Assembly: GCA_048941265.1 (NCBI GenBank)
Contig: JBHLNT010000121.1
Span: 1 to 12,383, forward strand
DNA: 12,383 bases
Direction: 5' to 3'
Origin: Promethearchaeota archaeon
GTDB lineage: Archaea; Asgardarchaeota; Lokiarchaeia; Sigyniarchaeales; SOKP01
Part shown: positions 1 through 7,831 of the stretch, one piece after another
How positions within the stretch are numbered: the first letter of the stretch is position 1
How the letters are laid out: every line of letters begins with the position of its first letter
Program-made: the position numbers and the translations under genes
The notes under the pieces: model-generated
Told to the model about the DNA's origin: nothing
The model's input: only the letters and a program-made list of their open reading frames with translations
Database searches by the model: none

Positions 1-522
1 CGCACTAGGGGATATTCAGGGAAAGCTAATACAATTTCTTGCGCGCTTTTTACGCTGAATTATTTGTTATTCGGCATACTCGTCATCCCCTTTTTTATAG
101 CTACACCTCATTTATTTATCGAAAATGAGCTTCAAATCAAGTTAAGTAAAATTGGTTCTTTATTTGGAATAATTTCCGCTTTTACCTTAATTGGAGTGGC
201 ATTAGCGCCTTGGGACACTCAACCCGAACTTCATGGGATATTTGGGGGTATTCAAGGATTTACCGTTCCAGTTACCCTAATTCTTTACGCTATAGTCATT
301 AACCGCAATGAATTATACTCAAAACAATACACTTTCTTATTTGTAGTGATTTTATCCATCTGGATTATTAGCGCCATAGTTTCACTTTCGGGGGTGAGTA
401 TTTACCAGTTAGAAGGATTAATGCTAGTAGTGATATTACAAAAAATTACCACGTTTAGCACCATTTTTTGTCTTTTCGTTCACGCATACGGTGCGTGGAA
501 GCTCGAAATGACGTTAAACTAA
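1..522 (+). CDS. DUF998-like multi-pass membrane protein, 5'-partial (paralog of 607..1302)
   Basis: Frame 1 is open from base 1 (RTRGYSGKANTISCALFTLNYLLFGILVIPFF). This aligns with RTVAFSGRSNLISMVIFTIALCIMVPLSIPFF of the next gene, so the TTG at 64 is internal. Shared motifs: IGSLFGIISA/LGSIFGIVSA, GVALAPWD/GVAFTPWD, QKI, YGAWKLE. Several hydrophobic segments. The family name comes from recalled motif resemblance. Confidence 0.8.
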   Translation, partial: RTRGYSGKANTISCALFTLNYLLFGILVIPFFIATPHLFIENELQIKLSKIGSLFGIISAFTLIGVALAPWDTQPELHGIFGGIQGFTVPVTLILYAIVINRNELYSKQYTFLFVVILSIWIISAIVSLSGVSIYQLEGLMLVVILQKITTFSTIFCLFVHAYGAWKLEMTLN

Positions 523-606
523 TATTTTAAATATCATAAAAAATTGTTAAAATAGATATCTATAGTCAATAATCCTCTGTATAAGAAATAAGTGTTGATA
601 TATTAG

Positions 607-1302
607 ATGAAACTCAAAAATTGGAGAGAAATAGCCTATTTATTAGCAAGTATCGCCTGTATTCAAACTATCATCCTTACCATTATAGCTATGTTTTTTT
701 ATGCTGGGGGGACAGTACGAGATCCTACATATCCCGGATATTCTTTTTGGGGCAATTATTTCAGTGATCTCGGCCGAACTGTTGCGTTTTCGGGGCGATC
801 TAACCTAATTTCTATGGTGATTTTTACCATTGCTTTATGCATAATGGTTCCTTTAAGCATTCCTTTTTTCGTAGCAATACCTCATTTCTTCAGAGAACAA
901 CGGGATGAAAAACGATTAAGTATACTAGGCTCGATCTTCGGAATTGTTTCAGCTCTTTTAATGTTAGGGGTTGCGTTTACACCATGGGACCTCTATGAAG
1001 AAGCACACAATTTATTTGCTCGGACTTCATTTATTGCTAGTTTTATCATGGCACTTTTATTTACTATAACTATTTTAAAGAATAATGTATATCCAAACCG
1101 TTATGCTTTTGTCTATATAGCTTTTTTAATTTTTATGGGGATTCATTTAGTGCTAATCTTTTTCGTTGTCGACTATACTACAGAAGAGAGTTATGTTATA
1201 TATGCTAGTACACAAAAGATTATGGTATATTCATTTTTTGTATGCTTTTTGATTCAAAGTTATGGCGCATGGAAACTTGAAAAATCGCATAATATCCCTT
1301 AA
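607..1302 (+). CDS. DUF998-like integral membrane protein (about 6 TM)
   Basis: 231-aa ORF with about 6 hydrophobic helices, an N-terminal loop YAGG...GYSFWGNYFSDLG (resembles the Y-S...ISDLG loop of DUF998/Frag1-like proteins) and a conserved His after PWD (HNLF; HGIF in the paralog). Confidence 0.8.
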   Translation: MKLKNWREIAYLLASIACIQTIILTIIAMFFYAGGTVRDPTYPGYSFWGNYFSDLGRTVAFSGRSNLISMVIFTIALCIMVPLSIPFFVAIPHFFREQRDEKRLSILGSIFGIVSALLMLGVAFTPWDLYEEAHNLFARTSFIASFIMALLFTITILKNNVYPNRYAFVYIAFLIFMGIHLVLIFFVVDYTTEESYVIYASTQKIMVYSFFVCFLIQSYGAWKLEKSHNIP

Positions 1303-2771
1303 CTCCAATACCCAATAAGATGTTCATACATCCGCTTAAAATCCTCTAAGAGCTGTCCATATTTTTCCGATGCTGATTTATTTGGATTTATGACTATATT
1401 TTTAGAATCCTTAATTTTAGCAGTCTCTTCCAGATCTTTAATTAATCCTAATCCGTAGGCAGCCAATAGACCGCAACCTCGCAAACTTGCTTCTGGCTCT
1501 TCAGTTAAAATCTGTGGCAACTGCATGACATCTGCTTTAATTTGATATAATAATTTATTGCGAGTGGCACCGCCCACACAATATACTTGCTGAATATTCA
1601 CTCCTAAATCCCTAAAATTTTGAACATCCTTGCCAATGGCCAATGCAACCCCTTCCATTACTGATCGAACTAAATGGGCCGCATTATGATTTAGCGTAAT
1701 TCCATAAAAACATCCCCTTGCCATTGTATTCTCTTGTCGACGCTCCCCAAGCATATAAGGATAAAACAGAAGTCCTTCACTTCCTATAGGAATATTTTTT
1801 GCCATATTAATCATTTGCTCATATGAGATTTCTTTTTTACCTGTAAAACTAAGCATATCTTTACACCACTTCATACTTAGTCCACCTGTATCCAGCATTG
1901 TAAATGGTAACCACCCCTCTATAACATGTCTTAAATTTTGCACTAATGGGTGAACTATAGGTTTATTCTTATGAACCACAAAAAGGGTACTTGTTCCTGT
2001 CATATCAACAGCTGTTCCTTCCCCCACTAAACCTAACAATGAAACAATGAAATCTCCACCTCCAGCCACTACAGGTATATTGGCTGGGATTCCAAGTTCC
2101 TTTGAAACCTCTTTTTTAACATATCCTATAATTTCATATGATTGAGATATAGGAGCAAATTTATTAATATCTATTTCAAGAACCTCAGCCATTCGTTTGT
2201 TATAATTATCAGTATTGAAATCATAAAGAAAAGTCCCTGAAGCCTCACTTGGATCAGTTGCTGCTACACCTGTTAATTGAAAATTAATAAAATCCTTAGG
2301 AACTAAAAACACCTTTGTCTTTTCATAAATTTCTGATTGATTTTCTTTTATCCATCGAACTTTGACTCCTGGCCAACCAGTAGTAATTGGATTACCCGTA
2401 ATTTTTGCAAGTTCAAACTCCTCATATTTTTTTTTAATTATATTACAAATATTTTCACAACGCTTGTCCATCCATATCTGAGTCCATTCCGTGGTTATTT
2501 TTCCATTTTCGTCAATGCCTACTGGGCCATGCATTTGTCCGCATGTGCTAATCCCATAAATCGTATTGATATCAATTTTCGTTCTTTTTAAAAGTTTTTG
2601 AATTGTCTGTTTAGTAAGATCCCACCAAAGCTCTGGCTGTTGTTGAGCCCAACCAGGATATGGACTGTCTACTCCTTGTTGTGTCTGTGAAACTTTTAAA
2701 ATTTTTCCCTCTTTACTAACTAATGCTGCTCGAATGCTTTGAGTTCCAACATCAATGGCTAAAATATTCAT
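1299..2771 (-). CDS. FGGY-family carbohydrate kinase (xylulokinase-like; substrate uncertain)
   Basis: Motifs AIDVGTQSIRA (phosphate-1), CGQMHG, WMDKR, PKDFINFQLTG, TDPSEASGT, GGGD, GTS, PYMLGER, RSVMEGVA, VGGATRN. SD-like GAGGT at 2781-2785 (minus), 9 nt before ATG. Confidence 0.93.
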   Translation of the reverse strand: MNILAIDVGTQSIRAALVSKEGKILKVSQTQQGVDSPYPGWAQQQPELWWDLTKQTIQKLLKRTKIDINTIYGISTCGQMHGPVGIDENGKITTEWTQIWMDKRCENICNIIKKKYEEFELAKITGNPITTGWPGVKVRWIKENQSEIYEKTKVFLVPKDFINFQLTGVAATDPSEASGTFLYDFNTDNYNKRMAEVLEIDINKFAPISQSYEIIGYVKKEVSKELGIPANIPVVAGGGDFIVSLLGLVGEGTAVDMTGTSTLFVVHKNKPIVHPLVQNLRHVIEGWLPFTMLDTGGLSMKWCKDMLSFTGKKEISYEQMINMAKNIPIGSEGLLFYPYMLGERRQENTMARGCFYGITLNHNAAHLVRSVMEGVALAIGKDVQNFRDLGVNIQQVYCVGGATRNKLLYQIKADVMQLPQILTEEPEASLRGCGLLAAYGLGLIKDLEETAKIKDSKNIVINPNKSASEKYGQLLEDFKRMYEHLIGYWS

Positions 2772-2795
2772 AAATTAAAAACCTCTTGATTTTTA

Positions 2796-3917
2796 CTATA
2801 TAATTTTGATTGTACCTTGACATTTTTCATCTATAACTTTCTTTCCAATATTGGAAATTCTTTGAGCTAGTTCAGTAATTTTCCACTTTTCATAACCTTT
2901 CACATATGTCGAGAACGTATCTTCCAAAGGATCTTTCCATTTTGAGGGTATTTTATCAACGCCTAACTGCGCGCCAAGGATAGCTCCAATATTACCACAG
3001 TTGCAATCTGAATCAAGACCCATCATCGCAGATATACAGATAGATCTTCCTAACGGATCCTCTTTATCTTGCGCTCCATATAGAAGTGATAATATAATAA
3101 TACCAATATTAGGTAACACATGAACATCTGGAGCATGAAGTTCTGGAATATATTCAGTTAAGAAACTTATTCTTTCTTTATTTTGTAGAGGAGCATTTTT
3201 AACTAATTTATTTTCTCTAATGTCATTCCAGTATTTAAGCAGTTTTCTTCGAGAAGTTTTTAAATTATCTGGATATTCCTCATATAACATCCTTGTCTTT
3301 TGTACCATCTGAATGTATAAACTTTCATTTTCAGATGGCATCAATTTAAGTGCCAAATCAATATTATTATTGATATTTTCCTCAAAAAATGCCTGTGAAA
3401 TTAATAAAGCAATAAAGACTTCTCCCTCTATTCCTATGCCGGTATGGGATATACAACCATCCAATCGAGCATATTCCATCGCGATTTTTGGGCATCCAGG
3501 AGCAATTTGACCCCAAATATCTGCCCTCATTTGAGCACCGATAGCATCATAATAAATATTATTGTGAATTCCGGATTCAGGAGGCCATATACCTGATTTA
3601 AGGTTTTCTAACGCAACTTTCTCAGCAGTAAAATTATAGGTATAAAGGAGATTTATCCATTCTTGTGCTATATCTTTTGAAGACACATTAATGCCATTTT
3701 TTTCTAGAGCTATTAAAGCACAGATTTCATACATTTCGTCGTCATTAACGAAGTTTAAATCAACAGGTTCAGGGAAATAGGTTATGTTTCCATATTTTCT
3801 CTTTTTTTCAAAATAAGGCATAAACTCTACTGGAGCCCCTACAAAATCCCCTGCGACTCTTCCCAACCAAGATCCTAAAACCTTGTCATAGTATTCTTTG
3901 GAAGTTAATGTTCTCAT
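2796..3917 (-). CDS. ADP-ribosylglycohydrolase (DraG/ARH) family protein
   Basis: GSWLGRVAGDFVGAPVE (GDAxG-like), NDDE (TDD metal-binding motif), GAQMRAD, SH and GLDSDCNCGNIGAILGA (DxDT-like), then IPSKWKDPL. Ends 24 nt upstream of the FGGY kinase, so probably co-transcribed. Confidence 0.9.
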   Translation of the reverse strand: MRTLTSKEYYDKVLGSWLGRVAGDFVGAPVEFMPYFEKKRKYGNITYFPEPVDLNFVNDDEMYEICALIALEKNGINVSSKDIAQEWINLLYTYNFTAEKVALENLKSGIWPPESGIHNNIYYDAIGAQMRADIWGQIAPGCPKIAMEYARLDGCISHTGIGIEGEVFIALLISQAFFEENINNNIDLALKLMPSENESLYIQMVQKTRMLYEEYPDNLKTSRRKLLKYWNDIRENKLVKNAPLQNKERISFLTEYIPELHAPDVHVLPNIGIIILSLLYGAQDKEDPLGRSICISAMMGLDSDCNCGNIGAILGAQLGVDKIPSKWKDPLEDTFSTYVKGYEKWKITELAQRISNIGKKVIDEKCQGTIKII

Positions 3918-3939
3918 GTTATTTAGAAATATTTATTTT

Positions 3940-3954
3940 AATATCAAGCTTTTT
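3940..3954 (-). promoter_or_regulatory. Putative archaeal BRE-TATA promoter for a leaderless ARH-kinase transcript
   Basis: Minus strand reads AAAAAGC-TTGATATT, ending 22 nt before the ATG at 3917. No SD visible. The TATA match is imperfect. Confidence 0.45.
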
Positions 3955-4044
3955 ACTTTAAAAAGAATTAGGATTCGGTGAAAAGATTAATTTAAAAAAA
4001 GATAATGAATAAACTAAGCTCAATACGTATTCAATATTTGGAGA

Positions 4045-5019
4045 ATGAAAAAAATGATAAAAACAAAAGTTACAGAAATCCTTAAAATAAAAAACCCAAT
4101 TATTTGCGGAACTATGATGGCTTTAACAGGCCCCGAATTCACCGCAGTATGCTCCAACGCAGGTGGACTCGGTATTCTAGCTTCAGCTATATATAGGAAA
4201 CCTGAACCATTACGAGAAGCATTGCAAAAGTTAAAGAGCCTGGTTAAAGAGCCCTTTGCGGTGAACATGAACTTATTTCCCATGCTTAAACCTCCAAACC
4301 AAATGAGACATTTGAAAGTAATGATTGATGAAGGAGTCAAAATTATTGAAACTTCTGGCCATGAAGCACCTGAAAAATTTCTCCATCTTTTTAAAGAACA
4401 CGACATTATCTGGATGCACAAATGTGCTGGCGTACGTTATGCCAAGAAAGCCGCTTCACTTGGAGCTGATATTGTGGAGGTGGTTGGTTGGGAGAATGGT
4501 GGCCATGTGGGAAAATTTGATATTGGTACTTTTGTACTAACACCTGCAACTGTTGATGCCATAAATGTACCCGTTATTACGGGAGGCGGAGTGGTTGATG
4601 GGAGAGGATTAGTCGCTGCTTTAGCATTAGGAGCAGAAGGAGTTTTAATAGGTTCACGCCTTCTGATTACAAAAGAATGTCCCATCCATGAAAATTTGAA
4701 AAAAGCGCTTCTTAATTGTACTCCGTATGATACTACCATCGTTTTAAGATCAGTTAATAATGCACTTCGAGTATGGCACAATCCAGCTGCTCAAAATATC
4801 CTCGAATTAGAAGAGTCAGGTGTGCCTGATACTGAACTTTTTCAAGCAGCCTCAGGAATGTTTACCAGAAAGATGTATGAAGAAGGGGATGTTAATGCGG
4901 GAATCATGACTATTGGACAAGGTCTTGGGCTTTGTGAAGATATACCCACAGTAAAAGAGCTTATCGAGCGAGTGGTGAAACAGGCTGAAGAGATAATGCA
5001 AAAATTAAATCCTTCTTAA
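4045..5019 (+). CDS. Nitronate monooxygenase / FabK-like FMN-dependent oxidoreductase (2-nitropropane dioxygenase family)
   Basis: KTKVTEILKIKNPIICGTM, SNAGGLGIL, PFAVNM, GADIVEVVGWENGGH (catalytic His region), PVITGGGVVDGRGLVAALALGAEGVLIGSR (FMN phosphate binding), GQGLGL. The start may be ATG 4054, since GGAG at 4040-4043 is 10 nt from it but only 1 nt from 4045. Confidence 0.92.
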   Translation: MKKMIKTKVTEILKIKNPIICGTMMALTGPEFTAVCSNAGGLGILASAIYRKPEPLREALQKLKSLVKEPFAVNMNLFPMLKPPNQMRHLKVMIDEGVKIIETSGHEAPEKFLHLFKEHDIIWMHKCAGVRYAKKAASLGADIVEVVGWENGGHVGKFDIGTFVLTPATVDAINVPVITGGGVVDGRGLVAALALGAEGVLIGSRLLITKECPIHENLKKALLNCTPYDTTIVLRSVNNALRVWHNPAAQNILELEESGVPDTELFQAASGMFTRKMYEEGDVNAGIMTIGQGLGLCEDIPTVKELIERVVKQAEEIMQKLNPS

Positions 5020-5044
5020 TTTTTTATATTAAGCTAATTTTTTT
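5020..5044 (+). terminator. Probable oligo-T archaeal terminator after the NMO-family gene
   Basis: T6 at 5020-5025 immediately after the stop, and T7 at 5038-5044, in a convergent intergenic gap. Confidence 0.4.
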
Positions 5045-5150
5045 AAGCTTTCCATTTAAAATAATTAAGCATCCTAGTATCATTTATTATAGGAATATGA
5101 ATTAAGTTTTGAGAATTAATCTGGCATTTATAATGGTCACTACTCATAAT

Positions 5151-6239
5151 TTAAGATCCGTTTTCAAGATATTCCAGTATTCGTTTTTTAGACATTCCAG
5201 CTAAACCCAACTCTTCCAAAGTTCGCCCCTTCCAAAAGTCACACTCACAAATACCTGATCCCAAATTGATTATGGAATCTATTATAGGTGTAGTAACGTT
5301 TACTAAATCTCCCAATTGTGATCTATGCACTAAACCATAAGGAAGATCTTCAGTAATGTATCTATTATATATGCTTGATGGCCCTCTCATGTTGGCTACT
5401 ATACCTCCTTTATCGAATGGCGCCCAAAAATCTACGCACATAACGCTACATGGATTTCTAAATTGCTCATCTTCAAATTCCCTCATTCTGAAACCAAACG
5501 CTTTCGCCACTGCTAAAGTTTCATCATAAACCATCCGTATAATTCGCGACGGGGCTTCTGTTATTCCTTCTCTATATAAGTAGAAGTCACCTTTCGACCA
5601 CTGAATTCGTCCGATATTTAATAAAGTACCTGGAGGATGCACAGTAGGGTTGGGATTACTAAAGGAAACTGATAAAATATTATCAATAGGTTCTAAAACC
5701 GGAAATGTATCCTTAACAAGGTTTAGATTCCCTTCTGTTTCATTCGCAGGGAATGCAGAAAATAACATTTTTTTTGCTTTTACAAATAAATCAACTTTAG
5801 ATGGACCAATAAGCCTAGTTCCATAGGGTAATGTATTAGTTTCAACAATATGTACCTTTTTATTTGGTGCCTCTTTTCTTAATCGTTTAGCGAGACGAAG
5901 CGCACCCGCGTCACCTGCCCATATCACTATTAATTGTCCATCCTTAAGATGAGGTATCATATTATCAAAAAATGTTTCATGGGCGATAGCGGGAATAACA
6001 AGGTAAATGATATCAACTCCATCCATTGCCTCTTTAAAATCCAGAGTGACCTTATGAATTTTAGCTTTATCTTCAATCATTCCAGTATTTTCAATTACTT
6101 TTGTTTCAAGTGTATTTTTAAACGATTCTTTAAAGTTAGGATGTTCGCAAAAATTTACATCAAATCCCCTTAAGGTCAAATCTAAAGCCATCTGGTGGCC
6201 ACCATTCCCACCACCCATTATTGCAATTGGTTTTTCCAA
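5151..6239 (-). CDS. NAD/NADP-dependent opine (octopine/nopaline-type) dehydrogenase family protein
   Basis: Rossmann IAIMGGGNGG, ETNTLPYGTR, NPNPTVHPP and RYITEDLPYGLV signatures of the octopine-dehydrogenase C-terminal domain, plus GRTLEELGL. TTG start with SD GAGGG at 6248-6252 (minus). Confidence 0.92.
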   Translation of the reverse strand: MEKPIAIMGGGNGGHQMALDLTLRGFDVNFCEHPNFKESFKNTLETKVIENTGMIEDKAKIHKVTLDFKEAMDGVDIIYLVIPAIAHETFFDNMIPHLKDGQLIVIWAGDAGALRLAKRLRKEAPNKKVHIVETNTLPYGTRLIGPSKVDLFVKAKKMLFSAFPANETEGNLNLVKDTFPVLEPIDNILSVSFSNPNPTVHPPGTLLNIGRIQWSKGDFYLYREGITEAPSRIIRMVYDETLAVAKAFGFRMREFEDEQFRNPCSVMCVDFWAPFDKGGIVANMRGPSSIYNRYITEDLPYGLVHRSQLGDLVNVTTPIIDSIINLGSGICECDFWKGRTLEELGLAGMSKKRILEYLENGS

Positions 6240-6335
6240 TTCAATTTCCCTCTAAAGTATAAATATCAATTTTAATATAGATTCAATTTAATATTAAAAA
6301 AATATTTTTCTTTTCTTAACCTTATAAATTAAGAT

Positions 6336-7739
6336 TCAGAGACCTTTTGCTTTCAACTCTTTAAGCATCGATTCTTTTCTCTCTCCTATCAGGTCATACC
6401 ACTTGTACACTATGAGAGATATCACAAACATCAAGATGGCAGGAATTAAACCCGCATGGACACGAATTCCCCATAAAGCCAAGGGTGATTGAATCGCCTT
6501 GGGATCGGGATTATAAACTGTAGCAATGTGGACGACCATTATCACAACTCCTTGGACGAGAAAAGCTACGCGGAAGAAAAACATTCTAATTCCCGCTAGT
6601 GTGGCTTCTGCACGTCTCCCCAACATCAAAGCGACATCATCCATTGTGTCTGCTGCCATTGGCATAATCACCACTGTATAACCTGCGTAAGGTATACCTG
6701 CTAAAAAAGTAAAAAAAATCCTTTCTTCTATGGTCGTTATCCATAAAGTGGGTAAATAAGAAATTGCAGCTAAGAATGTACAAACGACTAGTGTTTTTTT
6801 AAAGCCATGTTTTTTAGTAAAGTCTGCCCAGAAAGGAATTGAAATTAAAAATCCTATCACACCAGCTAAATTAATAAAAATTACATATGTATAAGGAACC
6901 CTTAATACATCTTTAACAAAGTAGATTTGGGAAGCATTGATTAAGGTTTGTGTGGTTACAATCATAGTGTAGGCAACGAGGATAACAACATAGTTTTTGC
7001 GTTTAAGAGCAATCTTCATCGTTCTAAAGAAAGACTTCTCTTCAGATGTTTCATACCCTCGAATAAATGTTTCTCTTAATTCTTCTGACTCTTTAATCCC
7101 TAAAAATAAAAAAATATTGCATAGAGCCATAATTATTATTATTATTAAAGCTGCTAAAACGAATGAGTTTTTGTCACCATATTTGATAAAAAGTGGTGGT
7201 ATCAAACCCATAAACATTGAACCAAAACCAGCTACAATTAAAATTATGGCAAATCCTTTTCTTCGTTCATATTCGGACTTAAATTGGTTAGTAAATCCGC
7301 CGTAGATATGATCATTATAAATTGAAAAGAAAGTGTCGAATAAACATGTTATAATCACCATATATATAAATATAATCAAAACGTTCTCCTGATTAACATC
7401 AGGAGGAATAAAAATTAACAAATAACAGATTAATATCGGAAAACTTGAAATAACTATCCAAGGGGCTCGCATTCCCCATCTTTTTGTCCATTTCAATGGT
7501 TTATCGGTTAAGTAGCCTAATAATGGGTCATTAACCATATTCCATATCGCAAATATTATAAACGCTAATCCCACTAAGGCAACTGGCAAGCCAATCTCGA
7601 CCTCGTAAAAATAAAACACGATGGAAGAAAAGGCGGTTAGCAAATAATTTACAATGAGATACCCAAATCCATATGAAATCATTTTATTTGTGGAGGCAAT
7701 TTCCCATTCACTTGGTTCTATTTCATTTTCATTTTTCAT
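6336..7739 (-). CDS. MFS transporter, glycoside-pentoside-hexuronide (GPH/MelB-like, MFS_2) family
   Basis: About 12 hydrophobic segments; KMISYGFG, IWNMVNDPLLGYLTDK...RWGMRAPWI (GPH motif), FDTFFS, SEYERRK, MAADTMD...GRRAEA. Confidence 0.9.
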   Translation of the reverse strand: MKNENEIEPSEWEIASTNKMISYGFGYLIVNYLLTAFSSIVFYFYEVEIGLPVALVGLAFIIFAIWNMVNDPLLGYLTDKPLKWTKRWGMRAPWIVISSFPILICYLLIFIPPDVNQENVLIIFIYMVIITCLFDTFFSIYNDHIYGGFTNQFKSEYERRKGFAIILIVAGFGSMFMGLIPPLFIKYGDKNSFVLAALIIIIIMALCNIFLFLGIKESEELRETFIRGYETSEEKSFFRTMKIALKRKNYVVILVAYTMIVTTQTLINASQIYFVKDVLRVPYTYVIFINLAGVIGFLISIPFWADFTKKHGFKKTLVVCTFLAAISYLPTLWITTIEERIFFTFLAGIPYAGYTVVIMPMAADTMDDVALMLGRRAEATLAGIRMFFFRVAFLVQGVVIMVVHIATVYNPDPKAIQSPLALWGIRVHAGLIPAILMFVISLIVYKWYDLIGERKESMLKELKAKGL

Positions 7740-7789
7740 AGCAAATTCGACTTATTTATTTCATTTTTTTTTACTATTTGAATAAGTGC

Positions 7790-7803
7790 TATATAAATCT
7801 TTT
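7790..7803 (-). promoter_or_regulatory. Archaeal BRE-TATA promoter upstream of the MFS transporter
   Basis: Minus strand AAAAGA-TTTATATA is a near-consensus BRE+TATA about 50 nt upstream of ATG 7739. A minus-strand T7 (7804-7810) just before it could terminate the sulfatase transcript. Confidence 0.65.
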
Positions 7804-7831
7804 AAAAAAATTATTAATTCTTATTTCAATT

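Noticed and set aside
64-66. ORF-track TTG start for the first gene
   Set aside because: The frame is open to base 1 and the upstream residues align with the paralog, so the true start lies outside the window.
5029-5107. Repeated TTAAGC hexamers and a weak TCCTA...TAGGA stem in the convergent gap
   Set aside because: Short, irregularly spaced and AT-rich; not a CRISPR array or a convincing structured RNA.
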